NCBI GenBank assembly: GCA_039588275.1
Contig: JBDHAC010000006.1
Location: forward strand, 1 to 64,000
Length of the DNA: 64,000 nt
Source of the DNA: Gemmatimonadota bacterium
GTDB lineage: Bacteria > Gemmatimonadota > Gemmatimonadetes > Palauibacterales > Palauibacteraceae
Reading direction: 5' to 3'
Position 1 is the stretch's first letter. Each line of letters opens with the position of its first letter. Both the position numbers and the translations under genes were made by a program. Under the pieces are notes generated by a model that was given only the letters and a program-made list of their open reading frames with translations, was not told the DNA's origin and searched no databases. Positions 9,151-18,219 of this stretch are shown here, one piece after another.

Positions 9151-11535
9151 CTACCGCACCCCGCGCTTGGTCCACACGAGGATGACCCCACATCGCGATC
9201 CGAAGCCGCGGTACATGGCTGGGGCCGTCGCGGCGTTCCGGTGCACCTCGATGCCTTCGATCATGTGGCGCGGAAGCGACGCGATTCGATTGAACGGGTT
9301 CTCACCGGGTATCTCCGGCATGCCCTCGATGGAGGACGAGATCGGATTCCCGTCCAGGTAGACCACCGGAGGGCAAGTCAGCGATCTCGGGCCTCCGATT
9401 CCGCGCTGCAGGTCGATCTCCCAGCAGTCGGACTGCGTCAGCAGGACCGTCGGAACGGAGTCGCTGCGGAACTGTTCCCCCCCCGTCGATGTGTACGGGC
9501 AATTCCGGAGCCGCACACCGGGGATCTTGCGGAAGGCAGTGATGACGTCGCCGAACTGAAGGTCCTCGCTGCTGATGAACTCGCCCAGCCCCCGGTTCCT
9601 TCGTGTGTAGAAGCCGGCGAGCTGCAGATTCGTGAACGTCCGCTCGATCTCCACATCCAATGCGGGTAGCTCGACGGGGCGCGTCTCCATGGTGAACAGC
9701 GCCAGGGTCACGCTACCCGCGGTGAGATCGACCTCTGCGGTGTCGGACGCCATCCCCAGGTATTCCGTCACCACTTGGTGTCGTCCCTGCGGCACTCCCT
9801 GCATCAGGAACGTGCCCTCATCACCGGTCATCTGCTCGATTCCGGCCCCGAGGATCCTCACCCGAGCGCCGGCCAACGGTCGGTCGTCCTCCGCCGACCT
9901 GACCACGCCACGCAACGTAACGTCCGGGTCCGCAGTGCTCCGGGACTCCGCCAGGGCCGAGGCCGTCACCTCGAGATCGCGCATCACGAGCGCCCCCGCC
10001 GGGATTTCCTGCGTCACCGGCTCGCTCAGCTTGTCCGGTCCGGAGGCCTGTAGCTCGAGCGCGAGCGTCGGGTCCACCCCGCACACGAGGAAGGCGCCCC
10101 GAGTGTCCGAGCGGAACGCCCTCGCGTCGCTCCCCTCCCCGGGACGGAGCCACACGACGGCACCCACCACGGGTTCGCCCGACGCGCCGTCGAGCACTCG
10201 TCCAAGCAGCACCGACTTGGACGGATCGGCCTCGACCTCGGCCGGGCACAGCTGCGCGGCCGCCCAGGCCGGACTGTACTCGAGCGTCACCGAAGTCAGA
10301 TCCTCGGCGAACACGTCCACCGTGAGCTGGGGATCCGGCACGTCTGCCAGACGAGGATCGGGGTGTCGCACGCCGATCGCGTATCGCCCGGGCGGCACGA
10401 GATCGAGTCGGAAGCGGCCCGCCTGATCCGCCCGTGTCGCCATGTCCGTACCGACCAGGTAGACCTCGGCTTCGGGGAGGGGCGCATCCGCGCCATCCGT
10501 AACCGACCCGCTCAGCGTGCCGAAGTCGGCGAGCGTTACGGTGTTCCCGTCATTCAGCTCGACGCGGGCGACTTCAGCGCCCTTTTCCCGGTAGCCCACG
10601 ACATCGGCCAGCAGCCCCGCGCCGCGCTCGTGAATCGGCGTCCGGATCCACCAGCGCGCGATGAACCACGCCCCGGAGGGCAACCGCTGGAACTCGAGGC
10701 GGCCCGTCGCATCTCCCCGGCGGGGCAGGTTCACGAGCATCAGCCCGGTGTACTCGAAGTCGAGATCCAGGAGCTCGCCGGTCTTCGCGTCCAGCCACAG
10801 CGCGCCTTCGACGTCGGGCACGGTCCCGCGGTCTATCGGCTCGAACCGCAGGCCGATCTGCCCCGCGCGCTCCCGCGTGCCCAGCGCGAGCGCGAAGCAG
10901 TGCCGACTGCGGAAGGCATCCGACAGGAGCGTGCGCGCGTCCAGCCCGTAGTAGCGGTAACCACCTTCCGTCCGCTGTACGTACCCACCCTCTGCCAGCT
11001 CATCCGCGGGAAGCCCGATGAAGGAGGTGCGACCCGTGATCCACCTGGTCTCGCTCTCATCCCGGCCGACGCTTCGGTACCGGGTGTCGAGGTTTCTAAG
11101 CCAATCGCGGAGCTCGAAGCGCAGGCTACGCCGGGCCTCGGTCCATTCGGTCACGTCCAGTGCTTTGCGGGCCTCGTCCCACGCCAGCAGGAACTCTTCA
11201 TCGGCCGGTCCGCCCACGCGGAGCGTGTACCGGCCCGCCGGGAACCCCTGGAGCACGAAGGCGCCGTCGGTCTCCGTCAGCGTCGACACGGCGGTCTGCC
11301 CGGTCCCGTCGACGAGGCTCACGAACGCCCCGGCGAGCGGGCGGCCGCTTGCCGCCTCCACCGCCGTCCCTCGGACTTCCTGACTCGAGAGAGGGCTGCT
11401 GGAGAGCGCGATGCTCGCCACGAGGAGCCCGGCGAGGAGGCCGGCGTTTTGTGTGAGGAGGCGGACGAGATGTGCAGACGCGAGTCGGCGGTCGTTTCGG
11501 GGCGCGTGCTCGTTGGTCGAGGCGCTATATGACAT
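9151..11535 (-). CDS. Secreted protein with repeated carboxypeptidase-regulatory-like domains and a C-terminal TonB-plug-like domain
   Basis: Signal peptide; repeated G.V.D...P..GA.V units; C-terminal IEGIEVH...CGVILVWTK. Confidence 0.85.
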   Translation of the reverse strand: MSYSASTNEHAPRNDRRLASAHLVRLLTQNAGLLAGLLVASIALSSSPLSSQEVRGTAVEAASGRPLAGAFVSLVDGTGQTAVSTLTETDGAFVLQGFPAGRYTLRVGGPADEEFLLAWDEARKALDVTEWTEARRSLRFELRDWLRNLDTRYRSVGRDESETRWITGRTSFIGLPADELAEGGYVQRTEGGYRYYGLDARTLLSDAFRSRHCFALALGTRERAGQIGLRFEPIDRGTVPDVEGALWLDAKTGELLDLDFEYTGLMLVNLPRRGDATGRLEFQRLPSGAWFIARWWIRTPIHERGAGLLADVVGYREKGAEVARVELNDGNTVTLADFGTLSGSVTDGADAPLPEAEVYLVGTDMATRADQAGRFRLDLVPPGRYAIGVRHPDPRLADVPDPQLTVDVFAEDLTSVTLEYSPAWAAAQLCPAEVEADPSKSVLLGRVLDGASGEPVVGAVVWLRPGEGSDARAFRSDTRGAFLVCGVDPTLALELQASGPDKLSEPVTQEIPAGALVMRDLEVTASALAESRSTADPDVTLRGVVRSAEDDRPLAGARVRILGAGIEQMTGDEGTFLMQGVPQGRHQVVTEYLGMASDTAEVDLTAGSVTLALFTMETRPVELPALDVEIERTFTNLQLAGFYTRRNRGLGEFISSEDLQFGDVITAFRKIPGVRLRNCPYTSTGGEQFRSDSVPTVLLTQSDCWEIDLQRGIGGPRSLTCPPVVYLDGNPISSSIEGMPEIPGENPFNRIASLPRHMIEGIEVHRNAATAPAMYRGFGSRCGVILVWTKRGVR

Positions 11536-11809
11536 CCTGGTACCGCTCGCTCCTGAAGTACCTGTTGCCGCGAACGCGGTCGATCCGGATCCTCGCCCCG
11601 TCGCTCCCCATCGCTCGTGGGGGTGGACGCCCGGTGCGCCGCCGGCGAGAACGGATCATACCGGAGTCCGCATCGTAGGATCCCCGAGTCCGCGTCCTCT
11701 GGGATCCATGCCTCTACACTCTATACACCCGCCGGGGGGACTCGGATTCACGCGGATCGTCAAACGCACACTAGGGGACGACGAACGAACCGCGGTGGTC
11801 CCGCCGACG

Positions 11810-12436
11810 CTACGGATGCCCGATCTCGACTACCATCTCGATCTCGACGGCCTGATCCCGCGGTAAGGAGGCCATTCCGACCGCGGCGCGAGCGTGCTTG
11901 GCCACCGCCGGCCCGAAGACCCCCTCGAGGAGGTCCGAACACCCGTTGATAACCTGCGAGTGCTGGGTAAAGTCCGGGGGCGCGTTGACCATCCCGAACA
12001 CCCGCACGATCCGCCTCACCCGGCCCAGGTCACCGATCTCCCGCTTGAGCGAGGCCAGGAGACACACTCCCACCCAGCGCGCGACCGCGTACCCCTCCTC
12101 GACCGTGAGGTTGCGACCCACCTTGCCCGTGTTCGTCTCGTTCAACCCACCGCAGGGCCCATGACCGGCGACGAAAACCAGATTCCCGGTCGTCACGGCC
12201 TTTACGTAGTTCGCTACGGGGGCATCGGGCGTCGGGAGCTCGATTCCCATCTCGGCCAGTCGCTCTTCGGGATCGAACTCCTGTCCTGCCGCAGGCACGG
12301 TCCAAACCAGGGCGAGCGTCGCGGCCAAGAGGACCGTCCGGGCCCGGACGACCGTCGCGGCCCGGACGACCGTCGCAGCCAAGACAAATGCCTTCACGCG
12401 CGGGTGCAGGGATGCGGTCGATCGGTCTGCTTCCAT
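11810..12436 (-). CDS. RidA/YjgF-family protein with N-terminal signal-like segment
   Basis: PVANYV...GNLVFVAGHGP...NGCSDLL...HARAAVGMASLP...VEIE. Confidence 0.88.
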   Translation of the reverse strand: MEADRSTASLHPRVKAFVLAATVVRAATVVRARTVLLAATLALVWTVPAAGQEFDPEERLAEMGIELPTPDAPVANYVKAVTTGNLVFVAGHGPCGGLNETNTGKVGRNLTVEEGYAVARWVGVCLLASLKREIGDLGRVRRIVRVFGMVNAPPDFTQHSQVINGCSDLLEGVFGPAVAKHARAAVGMASLPRDQAVEIEMVVEIGHP

Positions 12437-12593
12437 CCGGAGTTTCCTCTTTGTCTGGGAGTCGAATCGCCACAGCGGTGATGCTGGTCCTCGTGGCCTT
12501 GATCGTCTTCGCGTGGGTCGCCGGCCGCTTCGCGGATGGCTGCCTTGGCGGCAGGCGTCCCCCCTGAAGGCAGGCTCGCGGTCTACGATCCGC

Positions 12594-13103
12594 TTATTCG
12601 CGTCTGGCTTCCAGGACCTGCTCCGGGTTCTCCCCCGTGCGCAGGGCCTCGGCGGCGACCTCCACTGCCTCGAAGATCTTGGTGTAACCGGTGCAGCGGC
12701 ACAGGTTGCCCGATAGCGCGCTCGCGATTTCCTCGCGGGTGGGGGACTGGTTGCGGAGCAGGAGTCCGTAGGCGCTGCACAGGATCCCGGGGGTGCAGAA
12801 CCCGCACTGGGCACCACCGGTCAGGTCGAACGCGTCCTGTAGGGGGTGAGGGTCGGGGCCGGCGGCGAGTCCCTCGACGGTCACGATCTCGTGTCCGACC
12901 GCTTCGTGAACCGGCATGATGCAGGAGAGGTAAGCTTCACCATCCAGGAGGACGGTGCAGGCTCCGCAGTCGCCCTTGTCGCACCCCTGCTTAGAGCCGG
13001 TGAGCCCCAGCACGTACCGGAGCGCTTCGAGGAGGGTGTAGTGCGCGGGCATCCCCACCTCGTATCGGTCCCCGTTTACGTCCAGCTCCAAGATGCTGTG
13101 CAT
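12594..13103 (-). CDS. Xanthine dehydrogenase-family (2Fe-2S) small subunit
   Basis: GCDKGDCGACTV, QCGFCTPG, GNLCRCTGY. Confidence 0.96.
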   Translation of the reverse strand: MHSILELDVNGDRYEVGMPAHYTLLEALRYVLGLTGSKQGCDKGDCGACTVLLDGEAYLSCIMPVHEAVGHEIVTVEGLAAGPDPHPLQDAFDLTGGAQCGFCTPGILCSAYGLLLRNQSPTREEIASALSGNLCRCTGYTKIFEAVEVAAEALRTGENPEQVLEARRE

Positions 13104-13210
13104 GTATGGAAAGCTGTGACTCGATCAGGCCGCCAGCAACCGGCCGGATGGAACGCGGCGGCCCGACGTGGGGTGTGAATGTCGATGGTGTTCTCTTGGT
13201 TCGGAGACCG

Positions 13211-13260
13211 GATGAGGCTCCAACTGCGATGAGGCTCCCACTGCGATGAGGCTCCCAGTA
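13211..13260 (+). repeat. 17-bp tandem repeat x3 (GATGAGGCTCCMACTGC)
   Basis: Units start at 13211, 13228 and 13245; each contains ATGA. Confidence 0.9.
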
Positions 13261-15411
13261 GATAGATTCTCGCGCACCGCGTTCGTCGGACTCCTGGCCC
13301 ATTTCGTCTCGCCGTTTGCTGGCGTGGCCCAGGACGCTGATGCCGGGATGCCGCTGGACCGCTGGCTCGTGTCAGAGCGTCTGGATCTCTCCGCGGTCGA
13401 CGCTTCTTCTCCCGCCGATCCGCTCGCGGGCCCCGAGGGAGTGCTGTTTCCGGAGCGAGATCTCGAGGTGGGGCCCTCGTATTGGATCCTGATCCGAGAT
13501 GACGGCGTCCGCGGCTTCGAAGCTCGCACGGTGTTGGCAGCCCGCGACGCCCGGCGCGCGATCGGCGAGGAGCCGGGAGGCGAGGCTGGAGGCGAGGCCG
13601 GCCGCGTTTCGAGCCTCCTGGCCCATGTCTATCTCAAGGCACCTGAGGATCGAACGGTCCTCCTCGACGCGACGCATCGGGATTGTCAGGCGGCGCGCGT
13701 TTGGCTGAACGGTCAGCAGATCGAGCTTCCGGGCCCTCCCGTGCAGCTGCGGCTTGCCGGCGGCTGGAACACGCTGCTCGTGCACCTTCGCGAGAGCGCC
13801 GAGTGCCCGCCCGGGTTTTCCGCCGTGCTCCTGCCCGGTGCCGACATCGACGAGGATTCCGATTCCGGCGTGAGCGGGACGCTCACGGGGGTCCGCGTGC
13901 AAGCCTCCCGACCGCCCGGGGTCCGGCGTCACCACCCCGAGGGCTGGGTGAGCGTGGGCGCTGTCGAGGCCGCCGCCGGTCTCGACTGGCAGGCCGGCGC
14001 CGAGGACCTTACGGGTGCCGTCCGGTACGACTATGTGGCTTGGGGGCGGTCACTCACCCCAGGTGGCGGGAGAGGGGAAGGGGACCGGGACACCGAGCAG
14101 CCCGCGTTTGACGTCACCGGCGCCTGGGACCTCACTTTGTTCGGCCCCACCGGCATCCAGCGTTCCACGGTGGAGTTCCGCATGGCGGAGGACGGGGAGC
14201 TCGAGGGCCGTGTGACGGATGACGACCGGAGAGAACGGCCACAGGAAGGGCCCCGGGGTGGATTCCGTGGGAACATCGACGATGGGCGGGTGAGCGGCGA
14301 CCGGATCTCCTTCGCGCTCGACATGTCTTTGCCGCGCGGCCGCTCCATCGAGGCGCGCTTCGAGGGTATCATCGAGCGCGATTTCATGAGCGGGAACATC
14401 GAGTTCGGAGCCGGGGGCGGTCGCATCGGCGATTTCGAATCGCGTTTCGAGGCGACTCGGCGCCCGGAGGAGGATGAGGAGCCCGGAGACGAGCGCCCGG
14501 GCGAAGAGAGTCCACAAGAGGGCGAGGGCGTGGAGCGCCCTGATCCGGACGAGAGACCCCAGCTCCCCGGCCGTACACGGGGCGACCGGGCGGGCGGACG
14601 GCCCGGTGGCTTACCCGGGACTGGTCGGGAGCTCTCGGACGAGCAGCTCCGGGCCCGAATCCGCAGTCAGCTCCTCCCGCCACCGGAGCCGACCGCGCCA
14701 CTGCCTGATACGGCTGCGTTCGAGCTGCGTCTGGGCGGCCCGCGGATGCACCAGATCGCCCGCGATCTGGTGCCTGGCGCCACACGCTCGGACGAGAGCC
14801 CCATTCCGTTCAAGCGACTTCGCGAATTGGCTCTCTCGCGGGATGGCGCCGAAATTCGTCTGCGCTGGGCCGATGAAGAGCGAGAGATTCGACGCCTCGT
14901 GGCGCCGGAGGGAGTGCTGCGCGCGCTCCACCGCCCGATCACGCTAACTGGGTGGACCGCTGAGGGCGGCGGCGGCGCGGCCGGCGGCGGCGCTGCCGGT
15001 GGCGCGGGTCGCGGCGGACGGTATTCCGGCACCTGGCAAGTCCCTGAGGCGCTCTCGGGGTTCACGTTGCGCATCGTATCGCCCGAGGACGCCCCCACGC
15101 CCGAAGGCGCGCCCACGCCCGAAGGCGCCACGCTCAGCGTCAACGGCCGGGCCCTCACGCCTGGCGCGGCGGACCTTTGTAGTCCCTGTCGCAGGGGTGA
15201 GCGTCTCGAGATCGTCATGACCGGCGCCACGCGGGCCCCGGGCGATGAGACAACCGCCGTCGAGGTTCAAATCGTCGAGCCCGGGTACCCGGACGCCGTC
15301 GAGGCGGCCCAGGACCAGGCGCTACCCGGCGCAGCCGAGTGGCTCGAGGCTCTCAGAGGCGACAACAGCCGCTACCGTGAGCTCGCGGCGCGCCACGCGG
15401 GCGGCGCCTAG
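13246..15411 (+). CDS. Large secreted hypothetical protein
   Basis: 721-aa ORF, signal peptide (AGVAQ), VWLNG...LAGGWNTLLV beta-sandwich-like segment, low-complexity linkers. Confidence 0.75.
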   Translation: MRLPVDRFSRTAFVGLLAHFVSPFAGVAQDADAGMPLDRWLVSERLDLSAVDASSPADPLAGPEGVLFPERDLEVGPSYWILIRDDGVRGFEARTVLAARDARRAIGEEPGGEAGGEAGRVSSLLAHVYLKAPEDRTVLLDATHRDCQAARVWLNGQQIELPGPPVQLRLAGGWNTLLVHLRESAECPPGFSAVLLPGADIDEDSDSGVSGTLTGVRVQASRPPGVRRHHPEGWVSVGAVEAAAGLDWQAGAEDLTGAVRYDYVAWGRSLTPGGGRGEGDRDTEQPAFDVTGAWDLTLFGPTGIQRSTVEFRMAEDGELEGRVTDDDRRERPQEGPRGGFRGNIDDGRVSGDRISFALDMSLPRGRSIEARFEGIIERDFMSGNIEFGAGGGRIGDFESRFEATRRPEEDEEPGDERPGEESPQEGEGVERPDPDERPQLPGRTRGDRAGGRPGGLPGTGRELSDEQLRARIRSQLLPPPEPTAPLPDTAAFELRLGGPRMHQIARDLVPGATRSDESPIPFKRLRELALSRDGAEIRLRWADEEREIRRLVAPEGVLRALHRPITLTGWTAEGGGGAAGGGAAGGAGRGGRYSGTWQVPEALSGFTLRIVSPEDAPTPEGAPTPEGATLSVNGRALTPGAADLCSPCRRGERLEIVMTGATRAPGDETTAVEVQIVEPGYPDAVEAAQDQALPGAAEWLEALRGDNSRYRELAARHAGGA

Positions 15412-15574
15412 GTCGTCACCGGGCCTTCCTGCCGCCCGCTCATCTGCGCTGATCCGGGCCCCGGGGCCTGGGCCTGCCTCGCTCTTCCTGGCCCCAGGGA
15501 AGTGGCAACCCTTTGGGCAAACCTGTGGCAAGCCCGAGCAAACAGTGACGCATGTCTTCTTCCAAGAACCTGCG

Positions 15575-15606
15575 GTATACTGCGTATACGTGTATACATA
15601 GTATAC
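15575..15606. promoter_or_regulatory. Cluster of four GTATAC palindromes, candidate operator
   Basis: GTATAC at 15575, 15584, 15592 and 15601. Confidence 0.5.
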
Positions 15607-15672
15607 CAGGCCATTTCGGAAAAAGAGACACCATGCGGGAAGGTCGTGAGCGGCGAGCCGGTGCGGCGCCGA

Positions 15673-16614
15673 TCAGTTGGATGCGTAGGCGCTCCGCCGG
15701 TCACGGCGGCGAGCCAACTCGCTCGTATAGGCAAGTCCGAGCGAATCGGCCCGCTCACGAGCCCAATCCGTGAGCTTCGTCGTACCTCTCGGCGGTGACT
15801 CCACGTAGAGCAGCTCGGCCATCAGCCCGGCGATCTCGTCGGGAGTGATGAGCACATCGCGTAGCACCCAGCCCATCGCCGTGCCGATGACGGCCCCGAT
15901 CCGCGGGGGAATGCCGATGATTGCACGCTCCACGCCGATGATATCCGCGATCGTTTCCACCAGCCGTCGGAACATGAACGTCTCCGGGCCGATCGCGTCG
16001 ATCACGGCATTCTCGTCTCGCTCGCCCCATTCCACCGCCAGGCGGGCCAGATCGTCCACATAGATGGGTTGTAGCCGGTACTCTCCGTCCCCAAACACGC
16101 CGAACAGGGGGAAGCGGCGCAGAACCCAGGCGATGTTGTTGATGAGGATGTCCTCCTTCCCGAAGAGCACGGTGGGTCGGAGGATCGCGTACGAAAGGCC
16201 GGACGCGCGCAGTGCCGCTTCGAGCGTGGCCTTGCCCCTGAAGTATTCGAGCGGTGAATCCAGCGAAGGGTTCGTGATCGAGACGTGTACGACGCGGCGC
16301 ACACCCGCTTGTGCGGCCGCCTCGAACAGGGTGAGCGAGTTACGCACGGCGTCGGAGTGCCGGAATCGGCGGTGGTTGAAGCGCACCCAGTACGTGTTGT
16401 ACAGCACCTCGACGCCCGCCAGATGCTGAATCAGCCTGGCCGGAGAGCCAAAGTCGAGCGGGAACGCCTCTACCCTACCTTCGAAGGGGTTGGCCCGCCG
16501 GGTGGAGTTGGTGAGGGTGATGACACGGCGCCCCGAGTCCAGCAGGCGGCGCGCAATGTACTTCCCGGAATAGCCGAAGGCCCCCGTAACGGCGTGGGCT
16601 GGGGCTTCGGTCAT
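15673..16614 (-). CDS. NAD-dependent epimerase/dehydratase (NDUFA9-like SDR)
   Basis: VTGAFGYSG, YFRGK, ILRPTVLFG, QPIYVDD. Confidence 0.9.
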   Translation of the reverse strand: MTEAPAHAVTGAFGYSGKYIARRLLDSGRRVITLTNSTRRANPFEGRVEAFPLDFGSPARLIQHLAGVEVLYNTYWVRFNHRRFRHSDAVRNSLTLFEAAAQAGVRRVVHVSITNPSLDSPLEYFRGKATLEAALRASGLSYAILRPTVLFGKEDILINNIAWVLRRFPLFGVFGDGEYRLQPIYVDDLARLAVEWGERDENAVIDAIGPETFMFRRLVETIADIIGVERAIIGIPPRIGAVIGTAMGWVLRDVLITPDEIAGLMAELLYVESPPRGTTKLTDWARERADSLGLAYTSELARRRDRRSAYASN

Positions 16615-16659
16615 GGGTCGGGTCGTCGGGTGCGCTCGGACGAGTACCCCGTGATCCGC

Positions 16660-17469
16660 CTACGAGTCGAACAGGTCTGACTGCGTCGCTGACCGCGGAT
16701 CACCGTCGGAATCGTCGCTCGCGGATTCTGCCGTGGCCGGCTCGGCCTCCACAACCGACGGCTCAGGCTCGACCGGCGTCGGCTCGGGCTCGACCGGCGT
16801 CGGCTCAGGCTCCGCCGCGGTCGGCCCGGGCTTTGTCACTGAGGGCGGTGCAGCGGCTGTCGCCTCATCCCAAGCGGTGAGAATATCCGTCGTGGGGGGC
16901 TCCTCCCGGGGCCATGTTCCCCCGCCGGGGCCGGATGATCCCGCCTCACGGGCCGATTCTCGCTCGGAGTCGGCCCGGGCTGTCGGCTCGGCACTCGCTC
17001 CGGAATCCGATTCGGCGTCGCCCTCGGCTGGCAACTCGGCAGCCTCGGTCGGTGCGTCCCCGCTCGCTGCAGGCGTGGCGACGGCTCCTGTCGCGACACC
17101 TGCGGCGCTCACCGCCGGGAATGGCGGAGCGATGGTATGCTCCGAGGCGGACCGTCCAGGCTCTGACGCGGGGTGTCCAGGCCCAGATTCGGGCTTCGAC
17201 GCAGGCTCGGCCCCGGACTTCGATTCCGGCGCGGACCCGGGAGGCTTGTGGCCCGACCCCGGCGAGGTGCCGGGTGATTTCTCGGACCACTTCGTCTCGC
17301 GCTCCGCCACTTCGAGCTCGCGCTGAATCTCGTTCATCCCGCGCTTGAACTCCCGCAGGGCCTTGCCCATCGAGCGCGAGATCTCGGGCAATCGCCGCGG
17401 CCCGAACACGATGAGGACGATCATCGCGATCAGGAGCATTTCCCAGGTACCGATTCCGGTGAACGGCAT
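16660..17469 (-). CDS. tatA: Twin-arginine translocase TatA/TatB-family subunit with long low-complexity tail
   Basis: GTWEMLLIAMIVLIVFGPRRLPEISRSMGKALREFK. Confidence 0.88.
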   Translation of the reverse strand: MPFTGIGTWEMLLIAMIVLIVFGPRRLPEISRSMGKALREFKRGMNEIQRELEVAERETKWSEKSPGTSPGSGHKPPGSAPESKSGAEPASKPESGPGHPASEPGRSASEHTIAPPFPAVSAAGVATGAVATPAASGDAPTEAAELPAEGDAESDSGASAEPTARADSERESAREAGSSGPGGGTWPREEPPTTDILTAWDEATAAAPPSVTKPGPTAAEPEPTPVEPEPTPVEPEPSVVEAEPATAESASDDSDGDPRSATQSDLFDS

Positions 17470-17490
17470 GGCGGGCCCGCCGGATGGCGG

Positions 17491-18039
17491 CTAAGCGGAA
17501 AGGGCGCGGAGAATCTCCTCGCCGTAGAACATGCCGATGTACGTCGCCTGGATGGGCGTCACTCGGCGTACGGCCCAGATCAGCTCGACGTGGTTCGGCT
17601 CGCGCGGTGGACTGAGCGGCTGAAACCCGGACTCGAACGGAAGCCTGTTCCCCTTCTTCAGGTTGCACCTGCTGCACGCCGTGACCACGTTCGCCCAGCC
17701 GTTGTCGCCTCCGCGGGAAATCGGGATCAGGTGGTCACGCGTCAGCGACTCGCGGTAGCCCAGCTCGCGCTTATGGCGCCCGCAGTACTGGCACCGATAG
17801 GCGTCGCGCGCGAACAGGAAGGTGTTGGTGACCTGTCGACGGAAGCGCCGCGGCACGTGAATATACTTGCTGAGGCGGATTACGAGGGGCGTGGGAACCT
17901 CGAGTCGCTCCGAGCGGACCGGGCGCTCGGGATCGACTTCCAGCGCTTCCGCCTTCTCGTCAATGACGAGTCGGACGGCGCGCCGGATCGGGATGATAGT
18001 CAGCGGCTCGAACGACGCGTTCAAAGCCAGACAGCCCAT
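17491..18039 (-). CDS. HNH endonuclease
   Basis: LALNASFEPL, RDAYRCQYCG, TRDHLIPISRGG, ACSRCNLKKG. Confidence 0.93.
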   Translation of the reverse strand: MGCLALNASFEPLTIIPIRRAVRLVIDEKAEALEVDPERPVRSERLEVPTPLVIRLSKYIHVPRRFRRQVTNTFLFARDAYRCQYCGRHKRELGYRESLTRDHLIPISRGGDNGWANVVTACSRCNLKKGNRLPFESGFQPLSPPREPNHVELIWAVRRVTPIQATYIGMFYGEEILRALSA

Positions 18040-18219
18040 TGTGTCGACCCCCTTCCCCCGGGTGAGTCGCGCCAGATTACGTGACGCGACCCGCGGGTGC
18101 AACCAAAATCTAGGGATTCTCGGCGTACCTTGCACCGTTGAGGGACACGTGATGCATGTGCTACACCTGATGCCGGTCTGGATTCCTGACCCCGGAGGCC
18201 ACGGGCCCCGAGGCCACGT

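Noticed and set aside
11536..11809. Structured RNA in the intergenic gap
   Set aside because: Only short GAGTCCGC repeats and weak stems, as expected at this GC content
17491..18039. HNH as homing or RNA-guided nuclease
   Set aside because: Small stand-alone HNH with no RuvC motifs, intron or element ends
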